Assembly (NCBI GenBank): GCA_025059045.1
Contig: JANXEA010000002.1
Span: 10,798-74,797 of the forward strand
DNA length: 64,000 nucleotides
Origin: Candidatus Bathyarchaeota archaeon
GTDB lineage: Archaea; Thermoproteota; Bathyarchaeia; Bathyarchaeales; DTEX01
Direction: 5' to 3'
The position numbers and the translations under genes are program-made. Each line of letters begins with the position of its first letter. Position 1 is the first letter of the stretch. This document shows, piece after piece, positions 53,442 through 63,360 of this stretch. The notes under the pieces were generated by a model. It had not been told where the DNA came from, made no database searches, and was given only the letters and a program-made list of their open reading frames with translations.

Positions 53442-54782
53442 TTGTCTATTCATGGGATCGTTGCAATGCTTGCTTTTATTGTTTCAATCATCTTGACTCT
53501 TAGGCAGCCGAGTGTGAATTTTCCCTTCTTTTCGAGGAGGGTGCGGATCGATTATGGATCGGCGCCTCTTCTATGCGCTTTAGTTCTGCTTGCAATTCCC
53601 GGGATGCCTGCCTCAACCTTGTTGGCAAGCGGGCTTTTTGGCTGCTCATATATTAAGCCGTACTCTGTGATAATTTTCATCCTGTCCCTTTCTTATATCT
53701 GTATTTCATTGGATTGTACAGGCTTCTTTGAGCATGTCTCTCTAAGAGTTGTGGAGGTTGGTAGGGCTTCTGGCATTAAGCTATTCGCATATCTCTTCTT
53801 GATGACGTCGTTTCTGACAATGTTCACGAGCAACGACGTTGTGATATTGACGGTTACATACGTCATTCTTTATATGGCTGTACATGCGAAGATCGATCCT
53901 GTTCCCTTCTTGGTGGCGCAATTCTTCGCCGCAAATGTGCTTAGCATGGGGCTCTATGTTGGGAATCCGACAAACATTGTGATTGCGGATGCCTTCGGCA
54001 TAGAATTCATCGAATTTGCAAGGTGGATGCTTATTCCCTCAATCGCGGCCACCTTCACATGCCTATTTTTGCTGATGCTAATCTTTAGGAGGAGGATTCC
54101 TGGAAGGTTGGAATTGGCGGTTAATGGTTCAGCCGCACTTAAGGATAGGAGGGGCGCAATATTCGGCCTGCTTGTGCTGGGAGCAATGTTATTTGTGATA
54201 AGTCTGCCCGGAGACTATATAGATGCCCAACCATGGACTATTGCACTATCCTTCGCAACGATTATGGCACTGTACAACCTTGCATTCAATAGGTCTAGGG
54301 CGAAGACTGTTATTTTTAGGATGCCTTGGAAGATAGCGCCGTTCTTGGTAGGCTTATTCATAATTGTCGAGGCGCTAGCGGTTTCTGGGTGGACAGGCTT
54401 ATTCGCCCCAGCAATTTTGAAGATAATTTCAGAAGATGCGCTCATAACCGTGCCCAGCTTGAGCTTCCTCTCAGCACTTGCCGCAGGCCTAATGAATAAC
54501 CATCCCATGACCGTTTTCTTTGTTAAGATGATTAAGGAGAATCTTTCATCTCATCTGTCCGGTATGACCGAGATCGGCGTCATGTCGGCATTGGTCATTG
54601 GAAGCAATCTGGGCGCAAACTATATGCTGACAGGGGCGCTTGCTGGGCTCATGTGGAACAAAATATTATCGGAAAAGGGAGTAAAAATATCGTTTTCACA
54701 ATTCTCTAAGTATGGTTTCTTGGTGATGCCATTATTGACTCTGGCGACAAGTCTATCGTTTGTTGCGATGTCAACGCTTTAA
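53442..54782 (+). CDS. ArsB/NhaD-superfamily permease (arsenite-efflux-like)
   Basis: 446 aa, about 11-12 TM. FTSNDVVILTVTYVIL and VGNPTNIVIADAFG resemble the conserved ArsB blocks. TTG start. Confidence 0.65.
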   Translation: MSIHGIVAMLAFIVSIILTLRQPSVNFPFFSRRVRIDYGSAPLLCALVLLAIPGMPASTLLASGLFGCSYIKPYSVIIFILSLSYICISLDCTGFFEHVSLRVVEVGRASGIKLFAYLFLMTSFLTMFTSNDVVILTVTYVILYMAVHAKIDPVPFLVAQFFAANVLSMGLYVGNPTNIVIADAFGIEFIEFARWMLIPSIAATFTCLFLLMLIFRRRIPGRLELAVNGSAALKDRRGAIFGLLVLGAMLFVISLPGDYIDAQPWTIALSFATIMALYNLAFNRSRAKTVIFRMPWKIAPFLVGLFIIVEALAVSGWTGLFAPAILKIISEDALITVPSLSFLSALAAGLMNNHPMTVFFVKMIKENLSSHLSGMTEIGVMSALVIGSNLGANYMLTGALAGLMWNKILSEKGVKISFSQFSKYGFLVMPLLTLATSLSFVAMSTL

Positions 54783-54807
54783 CCTGGCCGCTGAACAGTC
54801 CGCCAAA

Positions 54808-56931
54808 TTAGGTTTCTAACTTGAATCTTTTCGGATTCTTTAGGAATGTTTCTTCGCAGAATTCTGAGCAGAAGTAGACTGTAACGCCTTCATACTCAAT
54901 TCTGCTGTATGCTGTTTGTGGATCTATCCTCATCCCGCAGACTGGATCCGTAACCAAGAGTCTCTTTCCCGCCCCCTCAGGCTCATATCTTCTGAGGGTT
55001 TGGCTGTTGATTGCTACTAGAACTGTGCTCAGCGACATTATTAATGCGCCTAATGAGGCTGGGAGATTTACACCTAACCATGAAAGAACGCCAGCAGCTA
55101 CTGGTATCGTAACAATATTGTAGCCGGCTGCCCACCATAGATTCTGGGCCATTTTCGAATAAGTTTTACGGGAAATCTCAATCAGCCTTGCCACGTCTCT
55201 AGGGTCATTCTTTACTAAGATTATATCTGCGCATTCTATCGTAACGTCTGTTCCAGCACCTATGGCTATACCTACATCTGCTGTGAGGAGGGATGGTGCA
55301 TCATTTACGCCGTCCCCAACCATAGCAACCATTAGGCCCTTCTCTTTAAGGAGCTTTATCCTCTCCGCCTTCTCATGTGGAAGAACCCTTGCAAAGTATG
55401 CGTCTACACCCAGTTCCTTTGCAACCCATCCTGCAACCTCCTCAGAATCCCCTGTAATCATGTAGACCTTCAAACCCATCCCCTTAAGATCTTTGATCGC
55501 CTCATATGATTCGGATCGAATGGTGTCGGTTAACGCGAAGGCTCCGGCGATTCTTCCGTCCACGACTGTGAAGACAACGGTTTCGCCGTGGCCGCTCATT
55601 CTCGTCAACTCGTTATCCTCAAGACTTATACCTAGTTCCTTAAGCAGGTTCATACTTCCAACGTAAACCTCTCTTTGCCCGACGATTCCATATGCGCCTC
55701 GTCCTGGAAAGGCCTTAAAGCCTGTGGCTTGAGGGATGCTTAAGCCCCTGCTTCTCGCATACTCGATGATAGCCCTTGCGATTACATGCTCAGAGTTCAG
55801 CTCGACGCTTGCCGTCAACTTTAAGAGTTCATCTTCAGGGATTAGGGAGATTACTTCACTCACACTGAATCTGCCAGTTGTTAATGTGCCTGTTTTATCG
55901 AAGACAACTGCATCAACATCCTTAATCATTTCAAAGGCGCGTCTATCACGTATGAGAACCCCGCTTCTCGCAGCGATGGATGTTGAGATGGCTATGACTA
56001 ATGGTATTGCCAAGCCGAGGGCATGCGGGCAGGCGATTACAAGGACTGTAACCGCTCTTTCAAGAGCGGTGTCAACGGATCCGATAAGCGACCAGGCTGT
56101 GAACGATATGGCTCCAACAGCAACCGCGACATAGAATAGAAAGGCAGCTGCCCTGTTCGCCAAGTCTTGAGTACGCGACCTGCTTTCCTGAGCCTGCCTG
56201 ACAATCTTAATCACTTGGGATAGGTAGGTCTCATCACCCGTCTTCTCCACTCTAACCTTCAAAATTCCTTCACCGTTTATGGCGCCGCCCACAACCTTGT
56301 CCCCAACTTTCTTGTATACTGGTTTTGATTCACCTGTCAATAGGGCCTCGCTGACAGACGATTCACCCTCTATAATGACCCCATCAGCCGGAATCTTCTC
56401 TCCGGGGCGAACAAGAACGATATCATATCTGCTCAGCTGCGAGGCAGGGATATCCGCAATTTCACCGTTCCTAACAACGTGGGCTATACTCGGCATTATG
56501 TGAACCAGCTCCTCCAGAGCCATGGAGGCGCCTAGAACGCTTTTAGCTTCGATCCAGTGTCCCAGAAGCATCACGTCGATGAGGGTTGCAATCTCCCAGA
56601 AAAAATCTTTCCCATCCGCCGCGGAAGCTGTTAGAGAGTAGAACATGGCCGCTGAGATCGCTGTGCCTACAAGAGTCATCATACCCGGCTGTTTATTCCT
56701 AACCTCCTGAAGTAGCCCATTAAGGAAGGGCCATCCGCCGTAAACGTAAATGATAATCGAGAAGATGGATAAAATCATTTTTTGGAAGGGAACTTGGATC
56801 CACTCAAGCCCAAACCACATCTGAACCATTCTTGATAGGAGCAGTATTGGGACGGTCAGAAAGAGCGAAACCCGGAATCTCCTCTTAAACTCTGCCAAGT
56901 GACGCACATCATGATGGCTGTGATTGTGCAA
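54808..56931 (-). CDS. copB: CopB-type (CPH) heavy-metal P1B-ATPase with His-rich N-terminus and C-terminal YHS/TRASH-like metal-binding domain
   Basis: 707 aa with [38 protein letters not shown] and [11 protein letters not shown]. The C-terminal [42 protein letters not shown] is YHS-like. Confidence 0.9.
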   Translation of the reverse strand: MHNHSHHDVRHLAEFKRRFRVSLFLTVPILLLSRMVQMWFGLEWIQVPFQKMILSIFSIIIYVYGGWPFLNGLLQEVRNKQPGMMTLVGTAISAAMFYSLTASAADGKDFFWEIATLIDVMLLGHWIEAKSVLGASMALEELVHIMPSIAHVVRNGEIADIPASQLSRYDIVLVRPGEKIPADGVIIEGESSVSEALLTGESKPVYKKVGDKVVGGAINGEGILKVRVEKTGDETYLSQVIKIVRQAQESRSRTQDLANRAAAFLFYVAVAVGAISFTAWSLIGSVDTALERAVTVLVIACPHALGLAIPLVIAISTSIAARSGVLIRDRRAFEMIKDVDAVVFDKTGTLTTGRFSVSEVISLIPEDELLKLTASVELNSEHVIARAIIEYARSRGLSIPQATGFKAFPGRGAYGIVGQREVYVGSMNLLKELGISLEDNELTRMSGHGETVVFTVVDGRIAGAFALTDTIRSESYEAIKDLKGMGLKVYMITGDSEEVAGWVAKELGVDAYFARVLPHEKAERIKLLKEKGLMVAMVGDGVNDAPSLLTADVGIAIGAGTDVTIECADIILVKNDPRDVARLIEISRKTYSKMAQNLWWAAGYNIVTIPVAAGVLSWLGVNLPASLGALIMSLSTVLVAINSQTLRRYEPEGAGKRLLVTDPVCGMRIDPQTAYSRIEYEGVTVYFCSEFCEETFLKNPKRFKLET

Positions 56932-57132
56932 TCTCTCACCTGCTAACTCCTAGAAATTATTTTCCTGTTTAAATGATTCTTAGATTATAGCGCGGTTTTC
57001 CTTGCCTTTACACACCTAGTATTTAATGAAGTAGATGGTCGGTCTCTATGGGATAGGAAATTACGGATGATGCTGTAAGGGCAGGGCGAACCTTGAGAAA
57101 ATTGAGAACCATAGTTTTTCTTGATGTGCAAA

Positions 57133-57474
57133 CTAAATCAGAGCGTAGATATCTCCATTCTCCTCAATCTTCAGCTCTATCTTTCTTAAGGGATGTTTGG
57201 GCATTCCAAGCTGAGGTTTGCCTGTTTTAGGGTCATAGATGCCGTCATGTAGTGTGCACCAGATTTTTCCCGTGTAGCGGTTCCACTCAACCTCGGCTTG
57301 AAGATGTGTGCATAAGGCATCATAAGCCACAAATCCTTCCTCTAGATGGATTAGTATGCCAGGCCTCTCGGTTCCCTTTTCATCACCAACGGGGTATGAG
57401 AACTTTTTTGCCTCGCCAACAGGTATCCTTTTAGAGTTACCAATATATACCATTCTAACGATTTTCTCGGCCAT
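57133..57474 (-). CDS. Small Rieske [2Fe-2S] domain protein
   Basis: 113 aa with CTH...(16 aa)...CTLHDG, the C-x-H / C-x-x-H ligand pattern. Confidence 0.7.
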   Translation of the reverse strand: MAEKIVRMVYIGNSKRIPVGEAKKFSYPVGDEKGTERPGILIHLEEGFVAYDALCTHLQAEVEWNRYTGKIWCTLHDGIYDPKTGKPQLGMPKHPLRKIELKIEENGDIYALI

Positions 57475-57613
57475 TCATATCCCCACAATTCTTTGGGGCT
57501 TGAAGTATATTAACCTTGACGTGGTTGCCTGCGATTAAAGGTATTCTATGCCAGAATGCGGCATATGTGAGGAGGCAATGAAAACTTAAATCTCCATTCT
57601 CAGATACTAAGAA

Positions 57614-58000
57614 ATGGGTGCGTTCATGTCTAATGTATTGGATGTTAATGCTGAAGACTGGGAGATGGAGGTTCTAGCATCTAGCATCCTGACGGTCGTT
57701 GACTTCTGGCATGAGAGGTGCCCGTGGTGTATTAGGTTGAATCCAATCTTTGAGGAGGTTGCAGAAAAGTACGGGGACAGGGTAAAGTTTGTGAGGTTCA
57801 ATGTTCTTAAGAATCCTAATAATAGAGAGGTTGCGATAAGAAACGGCGTCTTAGGTACGCCTACGATCGCTTTTTACTGCGATGGGAAATATCTGGGTTC
57901 GGTGGTCGGCTTTTTATCAAAGACCGATCTTGAACATGCTGTCGAGGATTTTATGAGACGTTACAGAGAATGTGTCAAGCAGAGTACAGGGCTTAAGTGA
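57614..58000 (+). CDS. trxA: Thioredoxin
   Basis: 128 aa with the VVDFWHERCPWCIRLNP (CPWC) active site. Its 3' end overlaps trxB convergently by 8 nt. Confidence 0.8.
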   Translation: MGAFMSNVLDVNAEDWEMEVLASSILTVVDFWHERCPWCIRLNPIFEEVAEKYGDRVKFVRFNVLKNPNNREVAIRNGVLGTPTIAFYCDGKYLGSVVGFLSKTDLEHAVEDFMRRYRECVKQSTGLK

Positions 58001-58940
58001 TAAGAGGCCTCGACGAATCTTTCATCTTAGAAGAGATGAGGTACCGGTATGCTGAGAGCGCTGCTTTGCAGCCCTCGCCAGCCGCTATAATTATCTGCTT
58101 TTCTGGAACGCTTGTCACGTCTCCTGCTGCGAAGAGTCCAGGGTAGCTTGTTTCACATGCACAGTTTACGATTATTTCTCCCCACTTGTTCTTCTCGACG
58201 AAATCAATCATTCCAGAGTTGGGCGCGGATCCGATCTCGATGAAGACTCCTTGAACTGGTAAAATGGATGTTACTCCTCCTCTTTCAACTTTAATCCCAT
58301 TTACCGTTCTATCGCCTGTGATCTCAAGAACTCTCGTACCAAGCCAAACCTCAACCTTCCCCGTTGCTAGGGCCCTTTCAACTAGTATGGGATCGGCTTT
58401 GAGTTGAGGCATAACCTCGATTAGGTATATCTTACTTGCGATCCTTGTCAGTTGTAGGGTTGCTTCTAGGCCAGAGTTTCCTCCGCCGACTACGGCTACG
58501 TCCATATTCTCGAAGAGCGGCGCGTCACACGTTGCACAGTATGTTACCCCCCTATTTCTAAGCTCCCTCTCCCCCGGGACATTGAGCTCCCTTGGTCTCC
58601 TACCAGTTGCAACGATAACTGTTCTGCTCCTATACTCGGAACGGTCCGTCTTGACAAGGAACATGCCGTTCAGAGGCTTGACCGATTTAACTTCCTCCAT
58701 CTTCAGTTCGAAGCTGTAACGGTTCAGATGCTCGTAGAACTTTGCCGCAAGTTCCTCCCCGGTTATGTATTGGAAGCCAGTGTAGTTCTCAACCCCGGAT
58801 GAATAGGTGACCTGACCGCCAACATTCAGGGTTAGCACAACGAAGTTCATCCTCTTCCTGGCTGCGTATATGGCTGCGGTTATCCCTGCTGGGCCTGCGC
58901 CAACAATCACGAGATCATAGACTCCGTTAGAACCGCTCAT
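57993..58940 (-). CDS. trxB: Thioredoxin-disulfide reductase
   Basis: 315 aa with YDLVIVGAGPAGITAAIYAARK, redox-active CATCD, VVGGGNSGLEA and FAAGDV. Confidence 0.9.
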   Translation of the reverse strand: MSGSNGVYDLVIVGAGPAGITAAIYAARKRMNFVVLTLNVGGQVTYSSGVENYTGFQYITGEELAAKFYEHLNRYSFELKMEEVKSVKPLNGMFLVKTDRSEYRSRTVIVATGRRPRELNVPGERELRNRGVTYCATCDAPLFENMDVAVVGGGNSGLEATLQLTRIASKIYLIEVMPQLKADPILVERALATGKVEVWLGTRVLEITGDRTVNGIKVERGGVTSILPVQGVFIEIGSAPNSGMIDFVEKNKWGEIIVNCACETSYPGLFAAGDVTSVPEKQIIIAAGEGCKAALSAYRYLISSKMKDSSRPLIT

Positions 58941-58957
58941 ACTGCTTCACCCACATC

Positions 58958-59374
58958 TTATAGCATATTTTGCTTAAGCCTTTTTATAAGATCTATGACC
59001 CTCTGTTTTATTTCGTCCCTTATCTTCCTAGCCTCTCCAAGCGTCATCCTCGCAGGGTCAGGGATATTCCACTCCTCGATGTGCTTAGCATAGACTATCG
59101 GGCATAGAGCGCCACTACAAACTATGACAGCAACATCAGCATTTTCTTGGAGTTTTCTTGTAATGAGCTTCGGCTTCTTGCGGCTTATATTTATCCCATC
59201 CTCAAGCATAAGCTTAACCGCATTGGGATGAACTTTATCCGCTGGTTGAATACCTGCGCTTACAGCTCTCCAGCCTTCAGGCGCATACTTATTGAAGTAG
59301 GCTTCAGCGATCTGGCTCCTGAAACTGTTCTCTACGCAGACAAATAAGACGGTTTTCAACCAACTCAACCTCAT
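58958..59374 (-). CDS. arsC: LMW-PTP-type (thioredoxin-coupled) arsenate reductase
   Basis: 138 aa with the CX5R(S) P-loop VLFVCVENSFRSQIAEAYF and downstream Cys residues (VIVCSGALCP). Confidence 0.75.
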   Translation of the reverse strand: MRLSWLKTVLFVCVENSFRSQIAEAYFNKYAPEGWRAVSAGIQPADKVHPNAVKLMLEDGINISRKKPKLITRKLQENADVAVIVCSGALCPIVYAKHIEEWNIPDPARMTLGEARKIRDEIKQRVIDLIKRLKQNML

Positions 59375-59603
59375 AAGATAAGGTCCTTTAATTATTTTGA
59401 ACTCTGAATAAAATAAGGATTGATTATATAGTTTTTATAGGTTTATTTGGTAGGTGTGGCTAAGCCGCCGCACTGAGATTTGAGATGGTCGCGTATTTTT
59501 CCTTAAGATGTAGAGGATGAGGCTGCTGACCGCGTTTTCTTGAAAACTGGTAACGCGAGGGAAATGCTTATTAAAAAAGGTTTATTGAGAATGCTGATCT
59601 AAG

Positions 59604-60578
59604 ATGTTCGAGTGGTTGGGGCCATTTGGAAATGCGCTGATCCTATTAGTAACGCTCTTTATTCTTGATCGTTCAAGCGACTTAGCCGTTGAAAACGCCG
59701 TCAGGGTTGCAGATATTACTGGTCTGGGAAAAACTGTTGTAGGTTTTATCTTGGTTGCTATGACTACGACGCTGCCTGAACTAAGCGTGTCAGTTCTTGT
59801 TGCGGTTGGGTTGGAGGATGTTGGTGTAGCTGTTGGGAATGCTCTAGGCTCGAATATAGTTAACATATGCCTTATTTTAGGCTTGACTTTTCTAATAGTC
59901 TCCCTGATAAGGAAAAGAGGGGCACATTTAGAGGTTAAAGAGGAGGTGGAAACCCTTTACTTCGGGCTTTTCATGGCCTCAATGGTTCCTCTAATCCTGA
60001 TCTACGTGGGGTATGTGAGCAGGATAGTAGGCTGTTCTCTCATAGCGCTCTTCATATATAACCTATACAGGGTCTCAAGGAAGAGGAGAATCGAGAACGC
60101 GGATGCTCAGGATGGAAGGGATGATAAACTTGCTCGCCACGTCCTCTTAACCATAATTGGTGTGTTTATTCTAATTGTAAGCGCATCCATATTTGTGAAT
60201 TCAGCCTCATACATTGCAGAGTATATGGGGATCCCAAAAGTGGTTATTGGCGCCACAATAGTTGCCTTTGGAACAAGCCTGCCAGAGTTTGCAAACAGTT
60301 TAAAATCGTCTCTTAAGGGGCATGCGGAGCTGGCTTTAGGAAATATTGTCGGGTCATGCTTCATGAACGTAACCCTCATCTTGGGAACGGCTTTGATAGG
60401 CCAGAATTTCAGGGTAAATATGGCTGCCTTCACTGGCTTAGCTGTTTATGCGCTTATATCCTGCTTATTACTATGGTATTTCATCTCGAGTAAAAGAATA
60501 AGCTGGAAGGAGGGGGCGATCCTCCTCTCCTTATACCTGATCTTCTTGGTCGAGATCCTTGGAGGATACAGAGAATAA
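59604..60578 (+). CDS. CaCA-family sodium/calcium exchanger (YrbG-like)
   Basis: 324 aa, 10 TM, with alpha-repeats TTLPELSVSV...GNALGSNIVNI and TSLPEFANSL...GNIVGSCFMNV. Confidence 0.8.
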   Translation: MFEWLGPFGNALILLVTLFILDRSSDLAVENAVRVADITGLGKTVVGFILVAMTTTLPELSVSVLVAVGLEDVGVAVGNALGSNIVNICLILGLTFLIVSLIRKRGAHLEVKEEVETLYFGLFMASMVPLILIYVGYVSRIVGCSLIALFIYNLYRVSRKRRIENADAQDGRDDKLARHVLLTIIGVFILIVSASIFVNSASYIAEYMGIPKVVIGATIVAFGTSLPEFANSLKSSLKGHAELALGNIVGSCFMNVTLILGTALIGQNFRVNMAAFTGLAVYALISCLLLWYFISSKRISWKEGAILLSLYLIFLVEILGGYRE

Positions 60579-60779
60579 GATTGATGACAATAGAACCTAT
60601 CGTATATCATGCGCTTAAAGGTTGCCAACCTTTTGGCAAGATGTTTGTTGAAGCCAGTATTAGTGACTAAGCTTCTTAAATTGTTCTCCGTAAATGTGAG
60701 ATAGGATTGTTCAATTTCCCCTGAGATGCTTAAACATCACTTCCACGGAGCTGATGATAGTGTTATTTGCGCCTAATGA

Positions 60780-62024
60780 TCATCCTTCCCAGTCTAAAAG
60801 TCTCTTTTCGCCCTCTATCCTCTTTATATCCTTGGTTACTTCCATTGTTCCCAGATATCCGTCGTCCTTATCCCTGACTGCAAAATATCTTATATGTATT
60901 AGGCGACCGTGAGATTGGATCCATAATTCCGCAACATCCTTCTCGCCCTTTTTGAAGGCTTCCAATATCCTGTTGACTATGTGGATGCTTTTTTGTGGGT
61001 GGCAAAGCTGCACCCTTCTGCCGATGATTGATTTTGTTCTCACTAATATACGTTTGTCAGCTTTGTTAAAGTATTGTACAGCATCATCCTTATCAACAAA
61101 AGTTATGTCGAATGGTAAAGTGTTCAGGATGGCATCAATCTCCTCTTCCGTCAACGATCCAGTCTCAAACTGTAGCAGGTCTTCCCTTCCAGTCTGCCTC
61201 TCAACAACTACTCTCGGGGTGGGCGCCGCAGTCTTAGATATTAAATGCTTTGGAGTGAAGCAGCAGTAACCGATTTCATCGAAGTCAGCCATCATAGTAG
61301 ACCATTCCTGCTCATTTGTAATGACACGTAGGGCCGTGGGAAAAAGAATAGTATTCTCCTTGAATATGTGGCTTTCGAGCAAATTGCTTATGGTACTAGC
61401 CAGTTCCATGAGCCGCTTCTTAAATTCTGGAAAACTAATGCTTTCAGAGTTTTCAACAAGTTCCTTAAGCCGCCTCTTCTTCTCCCTAAGCTGATTGTGC
61501 TCTATCCACATTATCGCGGGCGGTTCGTTTACTCCATGCCTCTCTAAAGCTGGGAAAAGGGAGTTCTCCTCTCTTAAATAGTGTTTTTCAGCGTCTAAAA
61601 GATCTTCTATAATTTGTCCCAGTTGTGTTAACTCTTCTCTAGCGGCTTCAAAGTTTTCAAGGACTTACAACATCTCAGCCGATGATTTGAGATTTCTTGT
61701 AATTTTCTGAAGCATCATATGTTCCTCAATGAGTATGCCGATGGGACTTTCTGGAATAGCATCAAGCTTCTGCTTTTCCAATTGCTCCCTAAAGACTTCT
61801 AAATGCAGATCGCAAAGCTTCTGTATATCCTCCCTAGATAAACCCTCGCTTACAATCTCCTGCTCTATTTTAGCAATCTCGAGTGGACTAACACTCTCAA
61901 GAAATTGCATAAACCTATCCTTAACTTGGTTTGGGGGCACTCCGGCATGTATTAGCCCAATAATCTCTTTAAGAGCCTTTTTACGGTCTTCCTCAGTTAA
62001 TCTTCCCCTCATTATTCCTACCAT
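60780..62024 (-). pseudogene. DUF438 / hemerythrin-like / PAS-domain protein interrupted by one in-frame TAA
   Basis: ORFs 61665-62024 and 60780-61511 are in the same frame. Translating across the TAA at 61667-61665 gives ...KSSAEML*VLENFEAAREELTQLGQIIEDLLDAEKHYLREENSLFPALERHGVNEPPAIMWIEHNQLR..., which is continuous conserved-looking sequence (~414 codons). Confidence 0.7.
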
Positions 62025-62215
62025 TAAATCCCGAACGTCTGGAATCTTTCCTTCATCAACCGATTATTGATCGCTAAAGAATTTAATGGGCTGCCAATTA
62101 ATTTGGTTTTTTCTTATTATGCCTGAACCCATACCGTAGAATTCGAGAAATTGCAAAGTTTCGTTGCAATTTTGGGTTAATTGCTTTCTAACCATGGCAG
62201 GTTTGGATGCTTTAA

Positions 62216-63274
62216 CTATGCTGTAATTATTTGGTTGATGTTAAGGTTTAGGACTATCTCTGCTATGTCGCTTGCGTACTCAGCAGTTCTCCGTATACTC
62301 TCCATTATCATCCTCATGTTAGAAATATCGGTCTGCTTGACCTTGGATTGGGCCTCCCTTATTATTTTACTCTCTATTAGCGATATTGTTTTTGCTTTAG
62401 AGATTACTTGGTCGGCCATGAAATAGTCTCTCTTAAAGAGTGATTTTATCGCGTCCTCGAAAACCGTTTTTGCGAAGATGCTTACTTCCATAATTTTCTG
62501 GAAGATCTCTTCATTTGGTTCTTCCTCGAGGAGTAATACATTTCCAGCTATACTTGCTGCATGATCCGCGATTCTTTCAACCGATTTTACTATAACTCTG
62601 TAGCCGAGGCAGTCCCGCGGGCTGGAGAGTCCGATATCCCTGAGGATCTTCTCGTCTTGAGCAGCTGCCTTCAATTGTCGTATCACGTAAAGGTTAAACC
62701 TGTCTACTTCGTCGTCTAGCTGGACGACTTCTTGTGCAAGATTTCTATCCAAGCTCCTTAACGCCTTTATTGCGTCTTCATGCATGGATGCGGCTATCAG
62801 GCACATGCGTCTCAAAGCGCTTTCAACAGAGATCTCTGGATAGCCTATCAGTATTTGCATTTTAATTTCGTTCGGGGTCTCCGAAATTATTTCTGTGCCA
62901 ACTAATTTTTTACGAACTAAATCCTTTATTGCGTTTCTTTGCGCTGCGCTTATCCGTTCATCCTTGGCCAGCACCCTTATCGAGCTATATCCGACTAGGT
63001 ATAATGATATGATCTGCCTTGTTATTATGTCTGGGTCATCACTCTCCGAGATCTTTAGGGTTGCCTCAAAATTCTTTGTCTCGGTCTTCGCCACTTCTTT
63101 AGGTGTTAAGATTAGTGAGCCATTTTTTTGTGAGACGATTATCTGGCTTCCGGCGTTTAATCCATGCGAAGTTACCCATTTCTTTGGAAGGGAAATAATG
63201 TACGTGGATTTTCCAGTAAATTGTATTTTTCTTATCTCTTCAGCTGATTGATCCATCATATTTAATGATCCCAT
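62216..63274 (-). CDS. phoU: PhoU-family phosphate regulator with N-terminal AbrB/SpoVT DNA-binding domain
   Basis: 352 aa. KSTYIISLPKKWVTSHGLNAGSQIIV is AbrB-like and is followed by two PhoU-type helical repeats. Divergent from pstS. Confidence 0.75.
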   Translation of the reverse strand: MGSLNMMDQSAEEIRKIQFTGKSTYIISLPKKWVTSHGLNAGSQIIVSQKNGSLILTPKEVAKTETKNFEATLKISESDDPDIITRQIISLYLVGYSSIRVLAKDERISAAQRNAIKDLVRKKLVGTEIISETPNEIKMQILIGYPEISVESALRRMCLIAASMHEDAIKALRSLDRNLAQEVVQLDDEVDRFNLYVIRQLKAAAQDEKILRDIGLSSPRDCLGYRVIVKSVERIADHAASIAGNVLLLEEEPNEEIFQKIMEVSIFAKTVFEDAIKSLFKRDYFMADQVISKAKTISLIESKIIREAQSKVKQTDISNMRMIMESIRRTAEYASDIAEIVLNLNINQIITA

Positions 63275-63360
63275 CTATATAGTCAATCTATCACTATATT
63301 ATCTAATCAGGAAACCTATAAGTTTTTTCTGACATAAATATAGTGCCCGAGGTGAAATAA

